From assembly GCA_040954595.2 (NCBI GenBank), contig CM082594.2, positions 7,447,573 through 7,511,572 on the forward strand: a stretch of DNA of 64,000 nt, written 5' to 3'. Positions 15,071 through 28,300 of this stretch are shown here, in pieces (the first letter of the stretch is position 1; every line of letters begins with the position of its first letter). Below the pieces are notes generated by a model. The model had not been told where the DNA came from, did no database searches, and saw only the letters and a program-made list of their open reading frames with translations. Made by a program: the position numbers and the translations under genes. This DNA is from Balanoglossus misakiensis. Taxonomy: Eukaryota > Animalia > Hemichordata.

Positions 15071-15169
15071 ATTCATTCATTCATTCATTCATTCATTCAT
15101 TCATTCATTCATTCATTCATTCATTCATTCATTCATTCATTCATTCATTCATTCATTCATTCATTCATT
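15071..15169. repeat. (ATTC)n microsatellite
   Basis: Perfect ATTC run of ~100 bp; produces the HSFI repeat in ORF 14944..15312. Confidence 0.97.
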
Positions 15170-18100
15170 CTAAGGTCGATCATACTTGGTTTGTTTGTGC
15201 GTTTCACATAATTTTCATGAAAGCAAGGCTCGCGGTTGTGGAATATACCACATTTAGTTTAAGAACGAAAGTAAAGAACGATCCTAACTTCAGCGCGGTA
15301 GAAATTTCCTGACCTTTGACCTTAACGAGGGGACAAGCCGGCTGAGGACGATGCCACATTTCCCCATCTCGGGAGATAATTTTCGAATCTTGGAATCTAT
15401 TAGCCGATATTACGCGGCCCGTGTCCGATCATTTCATTTGTTCCAATTCAATCGGAGCCAATTATGGCCAACAAATTGGCTATTTTCTGCAGATCGTGTC
15501 TCGCCGACTAGAACACTTCGATGGATAAGTCAAGGGAGACAATGCAGCGAAGTCACTGACATCCGAAAAGGATTGGACGGGATTGAAAGATAAAAAAGTA
15601 TGGAACAGACTTGAAAGAAAATCTAATTCTGATATATTTAAATCCGTAGATTAACGGAATTGATAATGCTATACAGTATATTACTTTTTAAATACCTTTT
15701 CTATATTCGGTTTTCTAGTAAGCCAGCAGCAACGCGAACAAGATGTTTATGATTATTAGCCATGGGATTCATAACAACAGTGCGCGTGCGTCACGCGCCG
15801 TTTATCTTTCGCCTTCATTCGGCCGTACAGCCCTGAAATAAAACTTTCCTGGAACCCAAGCAAATGCAAGTGCGGATCAATGACCCCCTTTCTCTAATTA
15901 ATTACAAAGAAGCAGATGACGTGCCAATTTTTGGATGATGTCGATTAAAAAGAAGCCCTCATTCTGTCATGATGCTATGACGTTATGAATATTATGAAGT
16001 TGATATGAATGGCTGGTTGCGCAAGAAAATGCGCAGAACTCCCCAATTCAATTCCACGAAATGCCTACACTCTCACTGGCCAATAAAAGCTCGACTTACT
16101 CAACGAGGTACACATAAGAATTCCTCAGTGACGTGCCCCTCCAAGTTTCTCAAGACGGTCCTCAAGATCCCAAGAGACGCCGAGCAAATAGAACATTTTT
16201 CACATTCTAACCGGAACACTAGGATTTAGTTTGTGTTTGAATAGTGCATTATAACACAATGAGCCGAGCCATTCTGGTCTGTCCATTGACGACCTCCCTA
16301 ATTCCCAATGCACACCATCCAACGTTTGACCTCATTAGCAAACTGACCAACCCTGGTCACGAGATGCTCGCTTCGTTCTCACGAGAGTAGTAACGTGCAT
16401 AGAACGGCAGTCCATGCAAAACTGTGGTATTAGAACGTACAATCCAACCGCTCTCACTGAGTTAAATATAACTGTCTCATTGACCTTGGCTCTCCACAAA
16501 AACACATTTTCACTTTCTGAAAGTTGAACTGCTCGTACGTGTAGAATAAAACATAAAAAAATAACGCGAAAACTTTCTAGTAAAATTTATGATCACCCAA
16601 GGAATGCAATTAAACAACGATGGCTACAAATTGCTATTTTTCTTGGCCAAAACTGCCCGAGTTCATTTTACCGCCGGTTAATTACGAAATAAGGCTCTTT
16701 AATAAAAAAAAAAGGAATACTTTCGAAGACTTTATAGTATCCATGGAGACGGTCTCCCGTCCGATTCTCTGATTTCCGCAGCTCTGAGCAAGCCAGTGCG
16801 GAGAGAACAGCGGGATTCGGTCAGAATCAACAAGTGGCACAATCGGAAATTAGTTTTTGTCTCGAGTTACCGTGCCCCAGCCGGGTGTGCCGTCTTTTTT
16901 TAGGGCTGGTTCATTTTCAAGTGGGATTCCTCACCTTGTCGCCCGCTCGTGAAAAGGGCAGAACAATGTGGACACTGCTTTGGCGTGTTGGGCCTAATGA
17001 GACGAGGGTCACTTATCGCTAAAAGCACCAGTTGGTTGCCGGTGTCGGTGCATGGCGTTAGAAAGGAAAGCACGCATCGGAATCCCATTCACCTAAGTGA
17101 AGTGATCAGGGTGAAACAACAGGGGTGGGGTTATGCCGAGAATCGCGAAGAGCGCATAGATATAAAAGTATACAAATGTATGTGGTGTCGTTCTGTTCAA
17201 TTGTATGCTTCTGATGTTTCTGACACGGGGTGTTAGACAGCTTGCCTGCGTGTGTACTAATTGTTATTTATGCTGTCCCCGTTCATTGTCATGATTATGA
17301 AACTGTTTTCGCTTTTAGCAGTACCGTTCTGGCCGGGGTCTGCCAGAAAACGAACAAAAGAAGACCACGTATAGACCACGCCATATTGTACAACCCTGAT
17401 CAGCTGGCTGGGCGTTGAACGTTCACCAAAAGAGCGTGTTTATTCAGGCAAGAGTACTTGACTGCAAGTCCCCGCTCTGTGGATACTTGACGTGGTCTCG
17501 TGTAAGAGTGGCGATGTGACTCTGTTTTCCAACATTTTACAATGTCCACAATAGGTGGGGGAACCACTTCACTCTTTCACATACAAAGCCATTGATCCCG
17601 CAGTAATTAACTTGATTATCGCGGACCACCAACAACTTTAAATTCAAAGGAAGAATGCTAGTCCTGGGACACAAAAAAGAAGGGAAATCTACGCTTCCCG
17701 TTGCCCATCTCGAGATGCCAAATCCACGAGGTCGTGAGATTGTCTGATACTTCGACCGAGAGAGCGGTTCCGCCATAACAGCTGACTACGGGCCTCTGGA
17801 ATTTAGAGTGTTATTTTTGATTTTCTGTACTTAGCAGCGAGGGCAAATTTGCTTTCTTCTCCTTCGCATGCAAATCGGCAAGCCATACGCTTTCTTAATT
17901 AATTAGCCATCCGTGTTGCCACATAAAATTAACACTGAGTTCTTGGTATTTGGCAGCTTGTTACATCTGGCCAAACAGTACGTAATTTTGGAACGAACAC
18001 CTTCGCATCACTTCCCCCAATTCCTGGAAGACTGTTTGCTTTCCTGTGCCAAGATACAAGTTTTTTGGAAAGCACCAGCGCCGTGTTTGACTAGTTCTGT

Positions 18101-21100
18101 CTAAACAAGGAGTCGGAGAAGAAAGACTATTACCTAACCCGGGCTTCAAAGAAAACTCAAAAGGGTGCTTGAATTAGCACCGTTGTCCGAAGGCTTTTCA
18201 ACAACACCACTCTGCACGCTCCGTTGCCGATGCGGGCACCACGGGTCCAAGGTGACTGGAAAGCGCCCTCTATACAAAAAAATCCCCACACCACTAACAC
18301 GGTCGGAGAATGCTCATAGTATTACTAAGAACAAACGATCCAGATGAATTTTATACATGTATTAGTATTCTGGGTTTTATTTCCAGAGACAGTGCACCCT
18401 CTTAAAGACAACAGTTATAATGAGCGCACAGATCATCAACATTTATCTTTTTTCCTGCAAGAAGATTCAAGTCTCCATCAACAGACTCAGTGGCAGACTG
18501 GGATTTGACCAGACGAAAGAGCAAATTAAGCCAACACGTTTTCTTTGTATTTGTTAACTTGAAATCGTAATAATTTTACACTTGCACTGGCTAGCCTGAC
18601 AGAAATAGCTTAGTTTTTGTCGAAGTACTTGACAATAACGTATCCCGTCTCATCACTTTCACACCACCTTTCCCGCCAACAATTTTGCGCAGACGACAAA
18701 TAACGTCGCCTGAAATTCCATTACGCCACATCGCTGCCCATTTTTCAATAACTCTGGAGCCAGGAGCGCAGACGCTAACGCACGCAATTTCACACTCTGG
18801 GAACCGAACGACTTTAGGAGCGGGGGACGGGGAGAAAAAAATATTCCCCGCGACCGACCGACGGCCTGCCAGAGATCATTAGGAACAAGCTCCCGTGAAA
18901 AGGATGCGGACAGGTCCGCCATCTTGGATGCTAAATTGGACATGGGGATGGTGTCCCGAGAGATGGTGCTGTCCATTTACCGCTACACCTCACCTAATCA
19001 GGGGATGGAGCCTAGAGCAGACTGGCGGGCACCTTTGCCAATATCACTGACATACAACGTATGGAAACACAATATTCCGGTAATTTGCTGGGAAAGCAAT
19101 ACATGGTTCGAATTCCCAGGGTGAAAAGGAGCGGACAGTGGCTATTATGCCACGTAATAGTATAGCTGGAAAAACAAGAAACTCCACTGATTTCATTTAT
19201 CGTCTTCCAAGGTAGCTTTACGATTATCCACAGATATTTCCTGTTTTCCCGCAGTTTTTATACTTAATTTTTGTTCTATCCGAGCTCCGGGGTGATTTTT
19301 GACATTTAAAAAGTCACCAGTCTGCTCATCCCCGGCCCACGCCCAATTGAAAAACAATGTTCCAGTCTATTGCTATGATTTTTCATTTTATTTTTAAGTC
19401 ACGCCTTTCATGATCAAACAAGACAACCTTAGGCGCAAACGGTTTTCTGAAATCGTGGCATACAATTTATCGTTTTGAACAATGTTCAGACTATCTATGA
19501 TGTCAGAGATGTGGACTTATAAACACACCGACCTTCAATACCACGCGCGCGAAGTCACTTTTTGTCGTTTGGCCGGTGATCGGTACGTGATCATGCTAGT
19601 TTTTTTCTGAGTCAACAAGCAATTCATGATGTGAATTCCTTCATTAGTTTCTCGAGTTTGCAACAAATTGTCACAGTCCCCAGAGACGAATGACCGACGT
19701 CCCTTCTTTTACTCATCAACAATCACAATCATTTGTCCGATGTTCAGTAAAAGAGACATCTCATTTGCATAATTCGATGACCAAGCGAATCTATTCTTTT
19801 TTTGTGCCAGTTGTCCAATCTGCCTCGTAGGATGCACCAATATTAAAGGCAAACTTTACGTCGCTTATGAAAGCATATAATCACCTGCCCTTACAGAAAT
19901 GCTTGCCGTGTCGTATTTTAGTCAGAATTGAGTATCCGTATAGCTTTTGTTGTATTCCCTAAATTGCTATGCAAATCGGCCCACGTGCGTTCTAAACCGC
20001 AGTACACGGGATCAATTCGAGGGCAAGGTGTTCACGCAGCCTCCACCTGCCCCGAAAATCATCACCATGACGTCAGCATAATTGGGTTCAACCCTGGACC
20101 TTGTTCGCACTATGAACCGACATGCATTGCGCATTGAAAACTATACCATCGATTCTGAAAAGTGAAGGCGTGATGTCCCTCACTACAGAAATCTAGTGAA
20201 CGTCCAAGAAAATGTTGTTTCCTAGTCGGGCTAAATTGTTTTCAATGTTACAAAGACCCTTTCATTGATAAAATAGACTTTTTGCAAAAAATATTTGGCA
20301 ATAGATGTGCACACCGGTGAAATATCATAAAGCGAAATACAAAGCGCTCACGAAATCATTCCAGAGAATGGTCTTTGCTTCAAATATGTTCCTTCCTGTG
20401 AAAAACCGTCGCGTTACACGCATCCGTGACTTGGCTACACTCCAGCTGAAAGCGAAGTGGTGTACGATTTGACAAGATGACACGAGATAAGAGACCCGAT
20501 AGCTAGCTCCAGTGTCTCCCAGACTGCAATAAAGATGGAAATAGCATATTTTATCCATCTACTAGACATGAAAATAGCGGTGAGATAAAATCTCGCGTCA
20601 GCCTCCGAGACCAGACAGAGATATGCTTTCCATCGTACGCGACCGGGAGACGTTTGCGTTTTAGGATAAATGTATTTTGCATGACGCATCCCCACAATTG
20701 TATGGGGAAAAAGAGAAAGCTTTTCAAAATGCAGTGTATATAGCGGAAAGCACTTTGAATGAACTGACAGTGTTGATAATCGAGCGGTCGGATTAATGAA
20801 CGAAATCGGCGTTTACATCATAATCGCCGTTGAGAGTTTTCGCTTTAATTAATATGGCGCCCGACTGCGAATAGTATGAAACTGATTTTTGTCAAAATTC
20901 CTCAAAAATTCTTCTTTCGGTTTGAATCAAATCCTCATCCTGTGTCTCTATATTCTGCCGAATCGTTCCCAAACGCTTGCAACTAACACCTGTCTATACA
21001 TAGGTGACCAATTTCATGCGGACTATAGAGGGCGCTTCGATCCATCTTCGAGAGAATGGTGATTTGAAGTATTCGTGAAAATAGGACAAAACCACCTAAT

Positions 21101-24100
21101 ATATTTTTAAAGAAAGGGGTTGGACCTGATCAACAACAGTACAAACAACTGTGTAAGTATAACGCGCAATTTCAGAAAACCCGTCTCTGAGATGGCAAAT
21201 TACCTTTTTAAGTTTAACTTGGACTACTGTATTACGCATATAACAACGCACCCTGCAGCAACAGTACAAGAAACTCCATTACGACCATCCGACTGCACAG
21301 GAAACAATTCTCGACAATTTTGATATTTTCAGCGGCGAATAATTCGCCGGCCTCTGCAGTAATAGCTTTCAGCGGGCGAGTGGTGACTTGTTCTCCCGAG
21401 GGGCATCACCGTCAGACTGTGGTCTCCCCTCCACATGCCGTCGTGTCTCCAGCAATTAACAAGAAGACAATTGCTGTATTTTTATGCAGATGAGCCATCG
21501 ACTTGCGCGTCTCCTCATAACGCTGGGAAGGTCACCGCACCCGACATTTGAAGTCAATTAATCCTAAGAAAAACGCGAATTCACACACATTAAGCGGAAT
21601 AGGATTTTTGAATATTTTGACAAAATAAAACACGGCGTTTTGGAACGCGGGGACCTTTCCGCGCGCGCGCGCGCCGATTTCTTTAAAATTGCCTCCATAT
21701 TTGCATAATGGGTTCTCCTTTTACAAAGTGATAATCTGAGCGGAAAATATCAAAATTTGTTATCAAAGCGCCATTTATATCGACATAAATGTTTAAGTAG
21801 CCGCTTCGTTATACCGAATTCGACCCTGGTAACCCGGTGGCGAGCGTTTCTGATTGACGGCGGGGACTGCTGGCTTCATTTCTCGACGCAAGAAATAAAA
21901 TGCAGCAACGCTAGCGAGAACAATTTTCGAAGTGCGGCACAGTCGTGTGCCAACAAGAATTAAACTGAAACTTACAGAATCCTATACAGTAAATAATTTC
22001 TTGATTGATAATGCGGCGACTGTATGTGCGCGTTGTTCACCGAGTCATATCCATATTATCGTGCCCGCCCAGGTCTCTGATGAGATACCGTCAATCATGA
22101 AGTTCCCAGAAAGCCAAACATAACGACATGTTTACAAATCAATGGTCCCCTACTTTGTTTAAACGAAACAAGTCAACCGCGAACGATTGCAAGCTTTACC
22201 ACAAATCGTTAATTGAAACATACAGCAGACCCGCATTAATTAAAGTGTATCTGGGGAAGGAGGAGAGAAGGCTTTGTACCGCGTTGCCGTTGGATGGCAA
22301 CCCGCATGGCAACCGACGATTCGATCGACGCCGCCCGTGACAGATTTTGCAAAAAAGCCTTTGAACTGCGGATAATAGGATAGACTCGGTCGCCAGATTC
22401 ACAAAACCCCGTGCTGAGCGTTTTTTTCTCTCTCGAATCATTGAAAAGAATAAAAAAAACTAAGAAGCTAAAATTGGAACAATAACCTCGACTTTCACAA
22501 AGAAAGGTAAAAAAGCCCGGGTTATACCCTCGGCACTAATATGACGTTGCTGCGCGTATATATGAGCAAATCAAAAGAAGAATGCATTGAACTCAAATGA
22601 ATGCATTACATCTCGGAAACTCTGTGCCTTACCACGTATTTTTATCAACAGAGTCGGAGATTTGATATTCATTTTATGTCTCCGTGAGACGCGTTTCATT
22701 GTTGCCTTGCAAAACACCGAAATAATCCAATTACCGTGGATGAAAGTATGAAAATTGTAAATGCATGGACTGGCTCCGCACAACTTTGTAGGACTTCCTA
22801 TGCGACCTTTGCAGAGGTGTACGGGCCCGGTGCGTAAGGGCATAGTGAGAAATTACTCGAGGGGAGGGGGACATTGGCAGATTTTTTTTCAGATTTTGGC
22901 TTAAACAAACAATTAAAGAAAGCCCTCCCCAAAGAAAATTGGCGAAAGCTTCCTTGGAAACTGAAACGGTCCCGTCACGTGGTACTAATGGGAAGTACTT
23001 AACTTCCGCGCGTCCGTTTTTAAACATCACCGGGCAACATTCGGCAAATTGATTTTGAAAACTTGTCACATCACTGCCGTATGAAAGGAAAGAACTTGAA
23101 AGCAAAAACGCGCATTATGAAGAGATATCGAACCGTTATCAAATTGCATTTGACATCCCCGGAACGAAGGCAGACTTGGTGACTTTCATGTTTGTTAACT
23201 GCCAAGCAAGTCGTCCGCAGATTCCAAAATCACGACCAGGCTCTGAGATCAGTCACAAATTCATGATCGCTCCTTTGTCACGTCCATAAATTGAACACGG
23301 AAAAAATCACGAGAATTCCTCCTCTCAAAAAAATCTCGGGAATTCTTTTTCTCTCTTCTTTGGCGAAAGAGCGTGTTTAAGTAGTGGCATCATAGATAAA
23401 CGATATTTCTGACAACCCGACTAAAATAAATATGTTCTCACACGTGATGCATATACAAAGCAGACTAAATGGTATGCGCCGTCTCTATCATGACTATCCC
23501 ACACGCAAATCACCGTGGTCAAAGTGTAGATCGCACAGGATTTCAAATGACAGTAATTGGGTATTCAGGATGACTCAAAATATATTACCTTTCTTTCATG
23601 GGTTTATATTTGACCAGCAAGATAAAACTGTGACGTTTAATGAAACTGAACAAAGACTGTACTTGTTAAAAGCATCTCTTAAAACTGGAAAAATCGCGAT
23701 CTCCACTCACTTCTTTCCAATTTAATCCACATATTCCATTGCTGGAGTAAATGTGCGCTTTAATATTTGACTGTTTACTCTTTATTCATATTAAAACTGT
23801 TTATCCCAATCAACTGTTGAGTAATGTTGAGGGTTACAACATAGAACAGAACTACACAACCACGTACGTACCTCACAAAACGATACATTTTTTGAAAATC
23901 CCTCAATTTTCACAACCTTTATATCTTAAACCCCCAGATTAAAATTTAAATAAAAAGTTACTTCAAACCCCCCTTAAGATTACTGTTTTTATGATTTGAA
24001 AACTTTTTGCATGCAGTTGGGTGATCCCATTGTTATATTCGGGGGGGGGGGATAAGGTCAGATCCATTTGCAAATACACTTGATCCAGTGCATTTCTCAA

Positions 24101-25343
24101 CACAGGGCTGCACAAGTCTCAGATAATCAGAGTTGGTCGACGGTATTGCATTGCATGGCTTGCCAGAATTACACTGTTCCGATTGCTCCTTATAACAGTT
24201 CAAAGGTCATTTGCAATCCCATAATGCAAATGTCCAGATAACTTAACTGACCTCACAGCTGCAAAATATGTGGTTTCAGTTTGGTATTCTACAATACCAT
24301 TTGGCTAAATGCTGGTATGATTTAAGAAATGACTACATAGATGACAGACTCTGTATATACAACTTAAAACACAAGAAATCTGCCAATGAAATTTACAGAA
24401 ACCGTAAGGTACGTGCCACATACAACAGGCATTTGATTTGTCCTGCCCTAACGCACATTCTGTATCATCTACTAACATGAATCCCGACCCCCCTTTAAGC
24501 AGGGTCTGGTAACATGCTTTGAAGAGCTATGATCTGTACATTTCCACCAAATTGCAAAGTCCCTCTACTATTAACCTTTATATCTGTACAATATATGGCA
24601 TCACATATATACAGGCAAAGAAAAACTACTTGATCTAGATCACCTTCTTTGTTTGGAAAAAAGTGCTGTGTGCTCACCATCCTATTAACCTGTTCTCCCC
24701 ACTTCTCTCTGTAGATACCCAACTTTGCTGTAAAAAACAATAGATTGGACCAAACCATAGTGGTGAATGGGTATAAACAGGATACCATAACAGGGTGGAT
24801 CCGAAAGACCAACCTCAATGATCTTCCTTGATTCCAATTGCAGCTATCAATATTAAACTTGACCAAACCCCAATTCCTGCAGAGGGGTGGTTGGGACGGG
24901 GTTGAACATGTCACAAGGTGAATTCTGCGTGGAATTCTGAGTTCGTGTGACAGTTTTACATTGACACCACGAAAGTGCCAAACTCAAATCAGGTATGTGT
25001 GTGCACGCATGTACATGAGTGCTGAAAGAATACTTCTAGTCTGACATCTTAATACTGTGGGCTCATTGTCCCAGTTGATTTAGAAATAGATTTGACATTA
25101 ACTAAAGTGACAATCTGGTGTAGGAAGTCCGAGTGAGAACGGTGTACAAGAATATAGGTCTATGGGATGCAGCAATTAGTGTTACCCATCATCATGTCAA
25201 AAAAAAAGAACCAGCCCCTAATCCCTTCGCGCAGTTGCTTACACTGTTCGGCAACATACAAAGTATGAGCTGATTGAATTTCGCTGCCATGTGCTCAGTT
25301 GCTTTATGTGTTTGGAGAAGACGCATTCTTTTGACACCGTGTG

Positions 25344-28300
25344 CTATGTGTTGAGCGTAAAGAGCTCTATCTTGTCCGAGTTCCAGTACAAGTTTGAGGA
25401 GTGATACACAAGTGACCAGACGTACGGGATAAAGAATTCTTCCGGTTGGTCTTCTTCAACGTACTTGAACTTTAATTCCGGGAATTTCTGCAAATGGAGC
25501 AAATATAGCAGCTGGAGTGAAAATCACATATTTAGCAATGGGGGTACAGCACACACAGATGGAGCCAACTGTTTAATTTTAAACAATTAATTTTTTATTT
25601 ACCTTGAGCCTATCTCTAGGCCACTGCAGTATTGCTTGATTGATAATGTCCAGCACTTCATGGACAGACAGATTCCCATGCTGCTGTTGCTCCAGTTTGG
25701 CTGTGAAATAATTTAACACCTGCAACAAAACAACCAATACATTTTAATTTCACATCTACATAAACCCATTTATTTCAATCAAAAGTATTTTATTGTACTG
25801 TAGATTTACGTACAGTAGCATTTATATCTATATTTCCTTACTGATATAGACTCATCTGGCAGACCTGATTCTGATATTAGACTCAAATCTGATCAACAAG
25901 AGCGAGTGTACTTTGAATTATGAAAAAAAAAATGTCAAGGCCGTGTGCCCACGTACAAGACTTCATGTCGTCGTCCAATGGTGCCTGGAAGCTAAACAGT
26001 CTGCCATGCTCTCAGTAAAATCACTAATGTTCCTCTGACAATGACTATCACCCTACAGCACTATGCGATCATTTGAAAAGGGTTTTTGTGTGCTAGTAGC
26101 GGGCAACTTGCAAGCAGCATGAGCCAAGTCCAGGGACAATGAGAAGACACCGAATTAAGGGATGGAGCCAACACGAATCCAAGTCCAAGGACAATAGCAG
26201 AGACAGGATAATCAGCAATGAATACAGCCTCATTCATTATCACTGATGCGGATCCAAGGTCGACAATTCCTGGTTCTCTCATTAGTTCTAGTTTGGGATC
26301 GAGCTCCGGTAATTACGTTGCTGACGTTCGTAATTGATTTCTCATATTCATTTAACTCATCTTGAAAATGTGTCAGCTATCAGTGCTTTGACAGAAAATG
26401 TCAAGTACATCGATAATTTTTGGGGGGTTTTAAATGAGGAGAAAATTTTCACACAAACGATCAGTATGCTGTGTCCCTGACTCCGATCAACAGAAATGTA
26501 TTAACACACTGAGTACCGGTAATTCACATACATCCAAATCAAAACCAGATAAATTACAATTGCGTACATTAAAACACATGCACAGAAAAACCAACATTTG
26601 CACAAGGATCTATCAATGGGCAGGGAATCACTCCGTGCACAATGACCAGAACGTGACAGTGAGATGTGGCTTTGATAGATGTTGCCTTTTATCTCACCAT
26701 TCCCACAGGACGCGACAGAATCTGCGCCGTGGCAACGAGAAACACACTTTTCCCCCCAAAAAAACACAGACCGACGCCCATTTAACACCAACCGCACTGT
26801 CACGCCAATCAAATTCATACATTTTTTTATAATCATTTAAGACTGTTTAATCCCTGCTAGAGCTGGACTTAATAGCTGGCATTACACAGCGTTTTTTCCC
26901 ACCTCCGGGGGAAACCTCAGCCATCACCCCTCTGTAGGTAATCTCCCAAAATGGGGGGAATTCCTCGTACATTACCAATTTAATGGTATCCAGAATTGAC
27001 ATTGTGATAATCAGATTACTCGCTTCTGACATGGAGATTAATGTCAGCTTTGCCTGCCATTTCAGAACTCTGTGCAATTTTCACAGATTTCACTGCAGGA
27101 ACACACGAGAGAAGGTCAGAAACCCTCTCCCCATTAACGACGCGGTTTATCAAATGTTTAATCTGGATGATGGCGGAGAGAACGGGGCGATGAGGAAATT
27201 TAAGTGAAAATAAGACGACCCCCCGACTATCCTTTTAAGCTCTATCTACAAACTGCTATTTTTCTGTAATTAATTATATTGCGAGATATGTGCAAGTTCT
27301 AGATGCAAGACCGCTCAAATGGTACCATTTTTCATGACAAGTGCTCAAGATTGCAGCCCCAGAAAACAAGGCAGCGTCAGATGCAAATTTCTCTTAGATA
27401 GCAAAGCTGAAAGATGTCTCATAAATTCATGTTTAAAATCAAAATTTTCTCCAACTATTTTTTTCCAAGTTCTAAGTAAATTTTTTTTTTTAATTTTGAG
27501 GCTACATATTCATGAAAATTACCTTCCTTTTCAAAGTTGCTATAATCCAAAGTTGGGATACAAAAATTCCATCTCTATAATAAGAAGATCCGCATTCATC
27601 AATTAATTAATCCTCTCTTTTTAATTATCCGGGCTTAATTTGTTTATCGGCAGATTCATCATCTGAGCAGTCTCTGGGACTGCAGTGATGGCAGCCCTTG
27701 CCGAGGTATCTTGTCACAAAGTCGCCAATCATGTAATGGGATCAGTGACTTAACAGAGGTAATTTATAAATAGATGGACAGACAGGCGGCAGGCTATCCA
27801 GACGATCTGCTCTGCCCTTCCAGAATGGTGGAGACACAAAGTCACACAACGGCAGACTTCGGAAGTAAGCCAAGAAGTGGGAAGAGAGACCCGTCTTAAT
27901 ATTACAGTCTACAGACAGCCCGGCCCGGCCAGGCAATCCAGATTAACAATTATGACTACCTGGGATCATCAAAAATTTTGACCTTCAAAGCTCTTATCCA
28001 TCATGACTTACAGAGCTTTGCCAAGGCATAGACATCACAGAGTGAGGTGGCAGGGCAGGGTAGGGCCTGTCAGTTCATCTCACTGACTGAACAACACACA
28101 CAACAGGAACCAGTGACTCACACATATACATCTATCCAATTATCTTTTTTTCTTGACTTTGACAATGAAAATTTGTTTTGAACAAATCATGATATTTCTT
28201 CACAAGTTCTGTCACTGAATGACAGACTCTCATCTGAGAAATCTCTGTGTTCTACTCACTGTATCAATGTTCTGTATGATATCCTGGAATGTTGGATGGG

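Noticed and set aside
21333-21349. Palindrome CGGCGAAT-A-ATTCGCCG
   Set aside because: Only an 8-bp arm, isolated; too short to support a miRNA or element call.
27-23900. Dozens of 60-150 aa ORFs in the left region
   Set aside because: No recognisable domains, no consistent exon chains, many start at non-ATG codons or derive from microsatellites; consistent with chance ORFs.
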